A stretch of 64,000 bases of DNA from positions 52,514,001 through 52,578,000 of the forward strand of contig NC_042997.1 in the NCBI RefSeq assembly GCF_006345805.1, in the 5' to 3' direction. Made by a program: the position numbers and the translations under genes. Shown here one piece after another: positions 39,871-53,290 of this stretch (position 1 is the stretch's first letter; each line of letters begins with the position of its first letter). The DNA comes from Octopus sinensis (lineage: Eukaryota). The notes under the pieces were generated by a model that saw only the letters and a list, made by a program, of their open reading frames with translations, did no database searches and was not told the origin of the DNA.

Positions 39871-40395
39871 GTGTAAGAGAGAAATGCATGCCATCAAAGT
39901 GATACTGGGGTATAAATATACAAAGCCCAATATACCCATCATGACTACCCGTCCGATAAAGATATACCAGGCACATCCATCACTTCCATATGTGCGCGAC
40001 ATAGTGATCTCATATCAAGATAAACAGCGCATGATCTTGCCGGTGGGGTCGAGTAGCCCATCCTACTTAAAAGGTCCCTGAATAAAGTTTGTTTAAGGAT
40101 GATAAACAAAACACTCATGTTTCCAGAGGTGAATTATTCAAACCCCAAAGAATTCTTCTCAACACATGGCTATGATACTCCCTCATTACTTCTGCTCGTG
40201 ATCAGAGATGCACATATCGTCAGGCACCAAGAGACATGCTCAACCGGTTAAGGTCAAGCAAATGGTATTGAGAAGAATATTTGTTGTAGTCCATCTTTTT
40301 TACCAAGGCATAGGGTGTACATGATAACCCTTTCAATCAATTAAGATACGAAGTCATGAGAGCCACTGCCTGGTATTGCATCAATATTATTATTA
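39871..40395 (-). mobile_element. ~530 bp TAA-flanked repeat, probably a Dong 3' UTR / non-autonomous derivative
   Basis: Homologous to 53291-53820 (+) and to 37404-37680. Confidence 0.65.
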
Positions 40396-40824
40396 GTCGA
40401 GAAATTTGTTTGTGAAGAGATAGAAAATCCTCTATTTGGTAAATTTAATGTCGAATAGAATGTTATGTACAAGCCATGATAGGAAACTTGTAACCGGAAT
40501 GTATGTAAAAAAATCCGACAGCAAACCAAGCTGAACTGATAGGAATCCCCAGAAAAAGTTGAATCCCTTACAAGAAGCGAACGAATAGTCAACAATCCTG
40601 AAGTTGTGCTACTTTAAGAGTAAAAAATTATTGGAGTTGTCCTGAGAGTGAGCCGTCGCCGTGTCAAATGTCGAAACTACGGGAGTGGATAAATGAATGA
40701 ATGAATGAGTAAATAAATGAAACGTAGCGCCCGTGAGGAGATACCACATCTTGGCTAATTCGATTCGTGCTTTCACACATGCATGCATTTATACATACAT
40801 ATATATATATATATATATATCACT

Positions 40825-40960
40825 TAGTGGTTCGGCAAAAGAGACCGATAGAATAAGTACTGGGCTTACAAAGAATAAGTCCCGGGGTCGATTTGCTCGA
40901 CTAAAGGCGGTGCTCCAGCATGGCCGCAGTCAAATGACTGAAACAAGTAAAAGAGTAAGA
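40825..40960 (-). mobile_element. SINE family B half
   Basis: Family motifs. Confidence 0.8.
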
Positions 40961-41567
40961 GTAAAGAGATATACATGCACGCAAATACATACACACATAT
41001 ACATGCACATACACACACATACATACATACATATAAGCATGCACATACATACACACACATACATATGCAGACATGCATATATACGTAAATACGCATGTGC
41101 ATGCAAACTTTCGTACATGTATACATGTATAAACCTATGCCTATATGCATATACATGTATATATACATGCATAAATGTATTCATATACACAAACATGCAT
41201 ACTTGCTTGCATATGTACATACATAAATATATATACGTGCAAATATGCATACATGTATATGTTTATGCTTGCATACATACAAACATATGGTGGCATATTT
41301 GTATACATATATACATACAGTCATACGTACATACATACATACGTGTGTGCTCATCTCGTACTTATCTAATCAACTCTGAAGGGATGAAAGGCAAAGTCGG
41401 CCTCTGCAGTTATGAGGATATAAACAAACCAACACTGAATTTCAAACAGTGGGAAGAGAAGGGAGGAGGACATAAAAACCTGTAGATATATACACACATA
41501 TATATATACGCGTGCACACGCACATATATACACACCATACACACATATATAATGTTTGTATGTATCT

Positions 41568-41620
<53 letters not shown>

Positions 41621-41624
41621 CAAA

Positions 41625-41662
41625 CTGTCCGACGAACGGGAACGTGAAACTCCGAGTGACAG
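41625..41662 (+). ncRNA. Hammerhead-shaped motif, probably inactive (C4, G17)
   Basis: CUGU-CCGACGA-ACG-ggaa-CGU-GAAA-CUC-c-GAG-UG|ACAG. Confidence 0.4.
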
Positions 41663-41884
41663 GTTTTGTTGAATTTCTGCAGCTTTTAAATAAAGCATAT
41701 TACTCTAATCCTGGTATTTGAGTACTCTTTTTTCCACCTTGTTTCACATTTGTGTGTTTACTCCGGTATATATATTAATAAAAGAAATAAAACATATGAA
41801 TATATATAAACATATATGTACGTACCTACCTCTACATGTACATATACACGCATATAGGAGTACAGGACACCAAAGGGACGTTGA

Positions 41885-41917
<33 letters not shown>

Positions 41918-41985
41918 GATAGATATAGATATAGATATATATATATATAAATTGATCAAAATAAAAACATGATGCCAAGGATTCA

Positions 41986-42063
41986 GCGGTACATATGTTT
42001 CGGGCCTTTATTAGACAGATTTATAACAATGCATAATGTATGTCTGTGGCCTTCTTCAGCCGC
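41986..42063 (-). ncRNA. Type I hammerhead ribozyme (minus polarity)
   Basis: GCGG-CUGAAGA-A-GGCC...GGCC-C-GAAA-C-auau-GUA|CCGC. Confidence 0.7.
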
Positions 42064-42434
42064 GCACAACGACTTCCGCAGGGACATGTGTTACAATCAA
42101 AAATTCTTGGTTGGGGATGCAAATCCTCTCATTCGCGTACGACATAATGCGGCAACAGCATAGAATTGAAGCGTCCATCTCTTTCTTCTCTCAATGTAGA
42201 ATGAGAAATTTGGATGTTGAAGTAATATAAATAAATTAATAAATTAATAAATTAATAAATTAATTATTTATATTACTTCAACATCCAAATTTCCTCATTC
42301 TACATTGAGAGAAGAAAGAGATGGACGCTTCAATTCTATGCTGTTGCCGCATTATGTCGTACGCGAATGAGAGGATTTGCATCCCCAACCAAGAATTTTT
42401 GATGTAACCCATGTCCTTGCGGAAGTCGTTGTGC

Positions 42435-42512
42435 GCGGCTGAAGAAGGCCACAGACATACATTATGCATTGTTATAAATCTGTCTAATAAAGGCCCGAAA
42501 CATATGTACCGC
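42435..42512 (+). ncRNA. Type I hammerhead ribozyme (plus polarity), predicted cleavage after 42508
   Basis: Same fold; palindromic ACAUAUGU stem III; distal stem II AGACA/UGUCU; A.C at the base of stem II. Confidence 0.7.
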
Positions 42513-42610
42513 TGAATCCTTGGCATCATGTTTTTATTTGATCAATTTACTCCACCACCTACACCAAACGGTATACACAGGTGCTTATAATTATCAAGTA
42601 CTCACCCCGA

Positions 42611-42657
<47 letters not shown>

Positions 42658-42971
42658 ATATATATATATAATATATATAATATATATATATATATATGAA
42701 AACAAAAATAGGTCCGACGAAACGGGGAACGTGAAATCCGAGAGTGACAGGTTTTGTTGAATTTCTGCAGCTTTTAAATAAAGCATATTACTCTAATCCT
42801 GGTATTTGAGTACTCTTTTTTCCAACCTTGTTTCCATTTGTGGTTTACTCCGGTATATATATTAATAAAAGAAATAAAACATATGAATATATATAAACAT
42901 ATATGTACGTACCTACCTCTACATGTACATATACACGCATATAGGAGTACAGGACACCAAAGGGACGTTGA

Positions 42972-43006
<35 letters not shown>

Positions 43007-43081
43007 GATAGATAGATATAGATATAGATATATATATATATATAAATTGATCAAAATAAAAACATGATGCCAAGGATTTCA

Positions 43082-43158
43082 GCGGACATATGTTTCGGGC
43101 CTTTATTAGACAGATTTATAACAATGCATAATGTATGTCTGTGGCCTTCTTCAGCCGC
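43082..43158 (-). ncRNA. Hammerhead copy with a 1-nt deletion at the cleavage site
   Basis: Plus strand reads gcggacatatg instead of gcggtacatatg. Confidence 0.45.
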
Positions 43159-43530
43159 GCACAACGACTTCCGCAGGGACATGTGTTACATCAAAAATTC
43201 TTGGTTGGGGATGCAAATCCTCTCATTCGCGTACGACATAATGCGGCAACAGCATAGAATTGAAGCGTCCATCTCTTTCTTCTCTCAATGTAGAATGAGG
43301 AAATTTGGATGTTGAAGTAATATAAATAAATTAATAAATTAATAAATTAATAAATTAATTTATTTATATTACTTCAACATCCAAATTTCCTCATTCTACA
43401 TTGAGAGAAGAAAGAGATGGACGCTTCAATTCTATGCTGTTGCCGCATTATGTCGTACGCGAATGAGAGGATTTGCATCCCCAACCAAGAATTTTTGATG
43501 TAACACATGTCCTTGCGGAAGTCGTTGTGC

Positions 43531-43608
43531 GCGGCTGAAGAAGGCCACAGACATACATTATGCATTGTTATAAATCTGTCTAATAAAGGCCCGAAACATA
43601 TGTACCGC
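43531..43608 (+). ncRNA. Type I hammerhead ribozyme (plus polarity), predicted cleavage after 43604
   Basis: Identical to 42435-42512. Confidence 0.7.
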
Positions 43609-43707
43609 TGAATCCTTGGCATCATGTTTTTATTTTGATCAATTTACTCCACCACCTACACCAAACGGTATACACAGGTGCTTATAATTATCAAGTACTC
43701 ACCCCGA

Positions 43708-43851
<144 letters not shown>

Positions 43852-43854
43852 TAC

Positions 43855-44015
43855 AACGGGCTTCCACATCATTACCGTTACGTAATTCACGTGCAAAGCA
43901 TTGGTCGGCTTTGTGTCATAGTATCATAGAAAAGGCTCGCCCAAGGTGCCACACAGTAGGACTGAACCCGAAACCATATGGTTGCAAAGCGAGCTTCTTA
44001 ATCACAGCCATTCCT
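43855..44015 (+). mobile_element. SINE family B half
   Basis: gcccaaggtgccacacagtaggactgaacccg. Confidence 0.7.
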
Positions 44016-44527
44016 AAAAAAAAAAAAAAAGAAAATGAAAGAAAGAAAAGAAAAACCACACTACTTATCTGCAAAATATAACGCAGGTGAATATTTAGAC
44101 TTAGATTCTCTGAGTCGAAAACGTATTCGTTGAGTTAATGAGCTGTTCATATAATCGACTTTAATTTCTAATTTCCAATATGAAAAGGAATAAAAACAAA
44201 AATATGACAAAATGAAACATCCGCCTAAGTATATATCTATGATTTTCAGAAATGAATAATTTTATATAATTACATGTTTCAGTTTCTCTCCATTCTTTTT
44301 ATAAAATGACACGATAATAAGAGATGTCTTGTGATCTTAGTGTTTGCTGTTGTAATATCTTTGTAGTTAGCATTAATTATTATTTGTAGCACAGCATTGT
44401 TAATATATTACAGCTTACGTCCTCAAAGTAGCAGCAATAACTGGTATTTAATTTAATGACTTTTCTTTCACCTAATTAAGACGTTTGAATGGCCTGTTTT
44501 CGCTTTTATGAAAAGGGGAATAAACTA

Positions 44528-44807
44528 TATACATACATACATACATACATACATACATACATACATACATACAAACATACATACATACAAACATACCTAC
44601 ATACATAAATACATACATACATACATACATACATACATACATACATACATACATACATACATACATACATACATACATACATACATACATACATACATAC
44701 ATACATACATACATACATACATAAACATACATACATACATACATACATACATACATACATACATACATACATACCTACATACATACATACATACATACAT
44801 ACATACA

Positions 44808-44838
<31 letters not shown>

Positions 44839-44860
44839 CTACATACATACAAGCATACAT
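44528..44860. repeat. (ACAT)n tract
   Basis: Direct reading. Confidence 0.95.
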
Positions 44861-44983
44861 ATACATATATGAAGGTGAGGGTCTACACGAACATTTTTCA
44901 CACAATACAGTAGCAAAAGAACAGATACATACACATGCACGTGCATACACATATGCACACATATCTCTATACCCTTAAAAGTA

Positions 44984-45027
<44 letters not shown>

Positions 45028-45185
45028 GTGCACGAGGTCGGTGTGTATGAGTACATGTTTAGTGTATTTGAGTGTGCGTATGAATGAATGTGTGTGTTTG
45101 TGTGTGTGAATTCTCATACATTATACGCAACATAAATAATATGGTTTAGTCACAAAAGCTCAGAGACTTCACCTTGTGAAACTTG

Positions 45186-45190
<5 letters not shown>

Positions 45191-45233
<43 letters not shown>

Positions 45234-45419
45234 TAATAGTAATAATAATAATAATAATATAATAATTAATAATAATAATAATAATAATTAATAGTAATAA
45301 TAATAATATAATAATAATAATAATAATAATAATGATGATGATGATGATGAATGATGATGATGATGATGATGATGGATGATGATGAGGATGATGATGATGA
45401 CGACGACGACGACGACGAC

Positions 45420-45458
<39 letters not shown>

Positions 45459-45553
45459 AATGATATAATAATAATAATGATAATGATGATGATGATGATG
45501 ATGATATGATGATGATGATGATGATGATAATGATAATAATAATAATAATGATA

Positions 45554-45589
<36 letters not shown>

Positions 45590-45622
45590 GTGATGGTGAT
45601 AATAATGATAATAATAATAATA

Positions 45623-45678
<56 letters not shown>

Positions 45679-45691
45679 AATGATAATAATA

Positions 45692-45730
<39 letters not shown>

Positions 45731-45762
45731 TAATAATAATAATAATGATAATAATAATAATA
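45191..45762. repeat. Compound (AAT)n/(GAT)n/(GAC)n tract
   Basis: Direct reading. Confidence 0.95.
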
Positions 45763-46311
45763 AAACTAATTAGTATATCGTTTTCATCTTAAGACCGCCA
45801 ACGACAGCTCGGCAAACATTGCATTTTCTCTTGTTCAACAATTGCAAATTAAGGTGTAATATGGAAATAATTAAGAGTAGTAAATCTTGCTTCGAATCAC
45901 AAAACTGATCTTAACTAATAACCTTTTAGAAATTCAATAGCATGCTGCCTCCCGCGTAAAACATAAAATCCCAATTACTTAATGCATCATAAGAGCGTTT
46001 CGTGATTTATCTCTTTGTCGTTTTCTATTACAATTCCATGCACATCCAGGATGCTGTAAAAGAAATATTAAACCGGCACCAGTATAATGTTTTCTTCAGT
46101 AGAATAGTAGAATGGTAGAATGGTAGAATGGTAGAATCGTGGTGTTGTATAAAACGTTCATTGGAGTATTGTGAGAAAATTGTAATTAAATTTTAAATTA
46201 ATACATTATTGCTAAATATTCTTTGATGTTGCTGCTCCTGTTGTTGTTGTTGTTGTTGTTGTTAATAAAATGGGGGAAATATTGGCGAAAATATCAGTAA
46301 AGCAAGACTTG

Positions 46312-46362
<51 letters not shown>

Positions 46363-46429
46363 TTGTCCACACACACACATACTTTTAATCTTTTATCCTT
46401 TTATGCATTTAAGCTCAAAGGCTATAGCC

Positions 46430-47225
46430 ATGAAGGAGTATCGCCAGTTTCACCACCTTTTCAGTGGCCATTCGCATGTAGTTTGCTGTTTTGAAGCGGC
46501 AAGTTTGACCCTGCTGCCCTCTTCTGAGTTTTTTTGCTGTGAATGCGTTCACTAGGATCTTGGACAGCAGAAAGTCAATGCGTTTCTTGAAAAATCAACC
46601 TTCACTTCAAGTAGATGTCTCAGGCTTTTTTTTTTCACAAGATACTAAATAACTGTGGGCCTTTGAATTCCTAGCCATTAGAGTACCTATTCTTTACTCT
46701 AGCCGGGGTGGATGGGACCTTTGAAATAGTGCAGTGGCATCCTGTTCGAGGATTGGTCTAGCTCCCTATGCTAAAGTTTGGTGCCAGCTCTTCTGAGATC
46801 TTCCATATGTATATCGCCGCAAAGCTCCCTCGTCTTCACTCCAGGAAGTAGAGCCGTAATTCTTTCAGTCTCTCCTAGTGGCTCACCTGCTTCATTGATG
46901 TAATCTTCTTAGTATAGCATTGCTGAACTGCCTCGAGTTCCGCTATTATTTGACTGTGAAGTGACCATAGTGAGAGCAGTAGAATAGACGGCAGAGGATA
47001 AATATTCTCCATAGTTTCTTTGTCCTTGTTCTAAAAGATTTCAGAATCCATTCGGCCAGTTACCTGCACATTGCCATTATCTTGATGATATGTACATGAA
47101 ATGAAGCTTGGTTGTTCAGCATCAATCTCCAGGTCACGAACTGTGTTTGACTCTGAGATTGCCGCTCCTTTTCATCCAAAGTATCATTGTTGCGACTTGT
47201 TATAATAAGCTGGCCGAGAGCGAGG
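46430..47225 (-). mobile_element. CR1/L2-group LINE 3' fragment
   Basis: LWSLHSQIIAELEAVQQCYTKKI, ERLKELRLYFLE, AIYIWKI, FKGPQLF, KKRIDFLLSKI. Confidence 0.8.
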
Positions 47226-47251
47226 GCTTGGAATTATCCTACTGCAATAAA

Positions 47252-47298
<47 letters not shown>

Positions 47299-47679
47299 AC
47301 ACACACAACACACACCACACACAGCTATTAAACTGAAGTTACCATTTTAAAGCAAGTTTAAGAATAACAACGAAACACTTACTGATTAGGGAACTCGACA
47401 CTGAATATAGAGTCAAATTTATTGTACAAATAATGTAAACAGGAATAAGTTTAGTCAACCAGTCTGGCCGAATAAGCTCTTAAGCAAAACTCAAAGTCCA
47501 AATCCAACATCAGTTTTGCAATATATATGTGTGTGTGCATATATGCAATGCATACTTATGCAATAATATACGTGTGTGTGTATGTTTATATATATATATA
47601 TATACAGATACATACATACATACATACATACATACATACATACATACATACATACATACATACATACATACATTACATT

Positions 47680-47965
47680 ACATTCGGTTGTCATTGTGTC
47701 TTGTGACACTTGAAGCGACAGCAAGATCATTCCACCTTCCAACACTGAAAGCGTCCTTGACAGCCTGTTCCATTGTTAACCCTCTGCTTTTTAAAGATCT
47801 TTTGTTATTGTTCTCCGCCACGTTTCCTTTGGTTGACCACGTCTTCTTTTACCTCGTAGAATTCCATTGCAAAGCGATCCTCTCAAGTGAGTTCGGTTTA
47901 TAGCGTCAAACTCAACCCAGTCATTTCCTTCTCCTTGCTTCAATAGTTTTTCTTATTGGTTTCAC
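47680..47965 (-). mobile_element. RTE LINE 3' fragment with (TGTA)n tail
   Basis: ERIALQWN, KRRGQPKETWRRTITKDL, RGLTMEQA. Confidence 0.75.
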
Positions 47966-48262
47966 GTATGTATGTACGTATGTATGTATGTATGTATGTA
48001 TGTATGTATGTATGTATGTATGTATGTATGTATGTATGTATGTATGAATGTATGTATGTATGTATGTATGTATGTATGTATGTATGTATGCATGTATGTA
48101 TGTATGCAGCATGCATGCATGCATGTATGTGTGTGTGTATGTATGTATGTATGTATGTATGTATGTATGTACGTACGTACGTACGTATGTATGCATGCAT
48201 GCATGTATGTATGTATATATGTATGTGTGTGTGTGTATGTATGTATGTATGTATGTATGTAT
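47966..48262. repeat. (TATG)n tract
   Basis: Direct reading. Confidence 0.95.
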
Positions 48263-48993
48263 GTTGGCGTAATCCTGGCTTATTAGATTAAGTCTTCTAA
48301 TGTGGACAAAGTTGTTACTTTGTGCAGCTATGCAGACATCATACCGTTTCTATTCCCGTAGACGTTATTACAACTTTATTTCGCCCCACATTTGTCAGTA
48401 CATACAAAATTTCATCTCTGTGAACTAATCTATGGAATTCGAAATATCAAGGAAACATCTTTGTAGTGCCACCCTACTTAAATCGTACCTTAAGCTCTTT
48501 CAAAAATATGATACAGACAACATTTTAAAATGTTTTATTTATAACAAGTGCAGTGCTCTTGAACCTTTTCAGGGTCTATTGGTAGGAAAGAAGGGACGAA
48601 GGGGAGAAGTTATCCCAACAAGATGATCCCTCATCCACCCACTAAAGACTCTCAATAACCAGTTGGTAGTGGTAATCCGTGCAACAAGTTATGTCTACCA
48701 CTGGAAATCAGGAACAATCGTAGCGAAATTCCTAAACACACACCTATGAAGTTATAGAACTCGAACGCCTTTTATTATAAATCTACTGGCTCAAGGTAGA
48801 TTTGCGATTAAACAGCTGTAACAATAACGTTTGGGAATCAATACTGCCTAAATCGTAGAATCTCCGTAAATAAGTAGATTATCAAGCCAAAACGCAAAGG
48901 CTACTCTAGTCTGCACGCAATCTAGCTACGACACTGCTTCCGATGGTCATTTTCCTTGCCAAAATTTTGATTTGTGTGTGTGTGTGTGTGTGT

Positions 48994-49051
<58 letters not shown>

Positions 49052-49529
49052 GCGTGTGCGTGTGAAAAATGTTCCCATGACTGTATTTCTCTTCTCGAAA
49101 TATTCGATTCCTAGCAGTTGTTAACAGAGTGAAAATTTTTCAAGAAACAATGTTTAATGTATATAAACCCTTCGTTTAGTAATTTATAATTTATAATGTG
49201 CAATTGTTAAACAATATCGTTTCATATTGTACTAGAGATCATGTCAATGATATTGCGAGAGAATTTGTAATTTATTTGCTTATACATTTAATGGTTCTAT
49301 TGAAAATATTTTCCTCGATTCTACATCTCTAAAAACTAGGTAACCAATAGAATCTCTATGTATGTTCTCGTCCATCGATGAAGACCATAATTTTTGGTTG
49401 CACGGTTGATTGAATTTTATGTGTCCCTATATTGCTGGTGAGGAACGATCACAAGTAAAGCATATGTGGTTTCATTTGTGGTACCGGTTGACCGGTTTCT
49501 TGAAAACTTATTTATGTTTATTTATTTTT

Positions 49530-49704
49530 TTACTACCCACAAGGGGCTAAACACAGAAGGGACAAACTGGTGCTTAATTTATCGACTCCGAAAGGATGAA
49601 AGGCAAAGTCGACCTCGGCGGAATTTGAACTCAAAACGTAGCGGCAGACGAAATATTGCTAAGCATTTCGCCCGGCGTGCTAACGTTTCTACCAGCTCGC
49701 CGCC
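49530..49704 (-). mobile_element. SINE family A (internally deleted)
   Basis: Family motifs. Confidence 0.8.
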
Positions 49705-49729
49705 AGCTCATTTATATTTTCTGCTATCT

Positions 49730-49960
49730 GAATGCTGTCTTTCGTCTGGGTTTTGCACCTATGCTGATGAAGCAAACTGTTCTATGGATTCTGAGCCAAT
49801 GCTCATGGTTTTTTTTCTGTTACTTTCAAGTCATCCTTGTTGCACTTTTCCTGGCCGCTCATATTCCCATCTCTGTAGCAAGTTCATCAAACAAGAGTTG
49901 TTTTGGTTTGCGTGTATTGTTCTTCCATTCAAGTTGTATGCACGCTTTATCTCTTTCCCA
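49730..49960 (-). mobile_element. Possible RTE 3' relic
   Basis: RKPKQLLFDEL...NKDDLK. Confidence 0.45.
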
Positions 49961-50039
49961 ACTCTCTAATTTATTTTAGATTTTCTAAAGAAGCTATAAT
50001 TTCAGATTGGAGGTGTGAAGTGTATCAAGATTAAAATTG

Positions 50040-50458
50040 AAGGCGGCGAGCTGGCAGAAACGTTAGCACGCCAGGCGAAATGCTTAGCGGTATTTCGTCT
50101 GCCGCTACATTCTGAGTTCAAATTCCGCCGTGGTCGACTTTGCCTTTCATCTTTTCGGGGTCGATTAAATAAGTACCAGTTACGCACTGGGGTCGATATA
50201 ATCGACTTAATCTGTTTGTTTGTCCTTGTTTGTTTTCCCTGTGTTTGGCCCCTTGTGGGTTGTAAAGAAATATGTATTTCGTCTCTCTTTACGTTCTGAG
50301 TTCAAATTCTGCCGAGGTCGACTTTGCCTTTCATCCTTTCAGGGTCGATAAATTAAGTACCAGTTACGCACTGGGGTCGACGTAATCGACTTAATCCCTT
50401 TGTCTGTCCCTGTTTGTCCCCTCTATGTTTAGCCCCTTGTGGGCAATAAAGAAATAAG
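50040..50458 (+). mobile_element. SINE family A, dimeric copy
   Basis: Complete head plus duplicated body. Confidence 0.88.
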
Positions 50459-50905
50459 ATTAAATTTGATTCTTCTACATCGAAGTCAGACAACTTAACC
50501 TGTCAACCTTATGACTATATCCATTAACGTATTGACAAATGATCATTATTCGTTATGTATGCATGAACAAATCCAAACGTTGTTGATATTGTTTTGAGCG
50601 CACGTATATTGTTAGATGCATTCTAAAAATACAGCAAACACCGAAGTCCACTTATTTTGAACTTGGTATTATATAAATTAGTATCGACATGGTTGCAAAA
50701 CTAGGTGTTGTATATTCAATATACTCTAGACGTTCAATTTATCTAGAGCAAAGGTAAGCAACAGGTGGGCTGTGGTTCCTGTTTCGAGGTGTTCTCTGTG
50801 AAACTCGAAACTTTTCTAAAATATTTTTTCCCAGTTGAACATATTTATGGGCCACCGGACAGTTGATGGCTCTTAGATTGTCCTTTGTGTCATAAGTGAT
50901 GGCGT

Positions 50906-51130
50906 ATAGCCTAGTGGTTAAGGTGTTGTACACACGATCACAAGATCTTGGTTTCGAAACCTGGACCGGACAGTGCGTTCGTGAACAAAACACCTCATTT
51001 CACGTTGATCCAATACACTCAGTTATAATAACCCTGCGACGGACTGGCATCCCGTTCGAAGGAAGTATTCTGACCACTTATATTATAAGTGATCGAGATC
51101 AGAATACTTCCCTTGGAAAGTGAGTAACCA
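50906..51130 (+). mobile_element. tRNA-derived SINE with a V/Meta-like central domain
   Basis: tagcctagtggttaagg A box, ggtttcgaaacc B box, aaccctgcgacggactggcatcccg core. Superfamily assignment from memory. Confidence 0.55.
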
Positions 51131-51859
51131 ACCCTATAAGTCCGTGGATTCGAGACAGCGCGTGCTTTGTTTAGTCTTTTTGCAATTAAAACATTGCTAG
51201 TAATATAAATGGGGATACTCGGCGATATTTTTACATGTAAAATATGATATAATATAATATATATGTGGATCATGGATGAATGTGAAAAAACAAAAATCAA
51301 AGGTGGGTTATTACCAAATGAAGTTGGTGATCTGTAATCTAGAGTTAAAAGCCTGAGGCACATCACAACTGTTATGCATGTATATGATTTATACACTGAA
51401 ACAATATGAATATGAGATTTCAGCCGTCACCTGTGTGTGTGTGTGTGTGTGAGCATGAGAGAAATAAGGTGAATGTGGTTGTATCTGTCTGTGTGTAAGC
51501 CTATGTTGTCTAATATCGATGTAGGCCGTACACCAGCATGTTCATAAGTTGCAGTTAACGATTTCTCCGAGACAAACCTTATTGGTTACAAAATCTTCGC
51601 TAAGAAACAATTAAAAGCGGCTTCTGAGGAAAAAAAGGAAGGGAGGAATGTGGAGCAGGAGTTGTTACCAACTAAGGCTCAGCAGATGGGATGTTCTTTC
51701 GATAATTAGTGCGTTTCAAAAACAGTTTGGGACTAGTCTCCTCTACCTGGTCTCCTCTACCTGTTAAAAATATCATCTAAAGTACCCTTTAAACTCCACC
51801 CTGCCATCTAAAAAAGAAAAAAAAAAGGCGGGAAGAATGCTGTGAATGATATAGACTGA

Positions 51860-52422
51860 GTATACTGTGTAGTGACGTTATACAACAGTGCGCGCGCGCA
51901 ACGTCATTTTCAGTGTGCGGGTGCGGAACGTCCTTCTTCAGTGTGCGTGTGCGGGGTTGGAGCCTTCTGGAAAGGCAGAAGGGAAGTGCCCTCTCGGACA
52001 TGCGCAAAGACTGAAGAAGGAATTGCTGATGTGGCATTAGCTGATAGGCGAGGGACAGCGTTCCCTTAACAAGGACACAGAGAGACACGCTTAGTATCCA
52101 GAACGCCTTGATACGAGATTGTTGCAGACCTATTTTCTCCGCTGTCTCTGGACGCTAAATTTTGACCTTGCTCTGTTTTGCTGCTGAACTTGTTGTAAGA
52201 TTCTTACAAGTGTTAAAGTTCAGTCTTGCCACACCAGAACCAAGTGGATACCAATATACCACCTTACTTCTTTCTGTGAATAAGAAAATAAAGAATATAT
52301 ATATTTTTAAGGTTGCGTTCGTGTTCCTTGACTGGTAGATTCTGGAAATTAAAGAACGGAAATTGTGTTGCACCTGAGTTGCACCCCAAAAGTGTAAGAA
52401 GCACCGAGTTATCGTTACAACT
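51860..52422 (+). promoter_or_regulatory. Candidate promoter and non-coding first exon
   Basis: Local GC/CpG-rich, non-repeat-looking stretch, then a strong donor ct|GTGAGT at 52423. Confidence 0.35.
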
Positions 52423-53138
52423 GTGAGTAAATAAAAGATGGACTAACGATGGCTATAATACTTTTGATTTGTGGTTTCGATCGGGGCCGAGTTGAAGTGA
52501 AATCACAAAAATATCAATTTGCGTTTAGAAGTCTATCCTAAGTAATTGATATACGAGTATTATTTCTGTTTTCGTCTTTCTCAAGTCACATTTTCTCTTT
52601 TTAATATATATTTTTTTTTAGCTATTTTCGTAATAAAAATAAATAAATATATAAAAATTATATAACCGGGCCAGTTGCATAAGTGAGTGAAAGGAAGTTC
52701 ATCCTGGTTTTGAAATATCCTATTAACCGGAATCGATATAGTCACCTTAATTTCATAGTGGATAGTTGCATATACCGGTTAACTGCATGTCATTTCGAAA
52801 CTTCGAAAACGTTTTGCATTAAATTTATGTAAAATTGATTGGTTAATTACATATGCAAATAGAGTCGATTTCAGTTAATTGCATTTTATTTATTGTTTTT
52901 CTCTGAGTTAAAAAAAAAAACATTGGCGAAATGTATAAAACTGAACATTTAATTTCATTAAGGCGATACTGGAGGCGTCTGTTTCTACGAGTTAAAATAA
53001 TAGTTGTCTGTAATTTATTTTTATAAACAACAGATGTAAAAGAATCACATGTATTCAAGTTAGTATTTCAATAATTATCATATTTTTAACTGTGTAATAA
53101 AATCCTCAATAAAAATTTATAGTAGAAGTAATTTATGA

Positions 53139-53290
<152 letters not shown>

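Larger units (their letters stand above)
41949..42548. repeat. 600 bp palindrome 1 with (AAATTAAT)n centre
   Basis: ~290 bp near-perfect arms. Confidence 0.96.
43044..43645. repeat. 602 bp palindrome 2
   Basis: Copy of palindrome 1. Confidence 0.96.

Noticed and set aside
41969-43625. Four copies of a 64-83 aa ORF MMPRIQRYICFG...
   Set aside because: Repetition is explained by the palindrome and tandem; length varies by frameshift; no protein motif.
46100-46140. (AGAATGGT)n short tandem
   Set aside because: Ordinary minisatellite of about five units.
52010-52060. CUGAAGAAGG core-like string (similar strings at ~286, ~49765 and ~62538)
   Set aside because: No stem II-GAAA-stem III completion.
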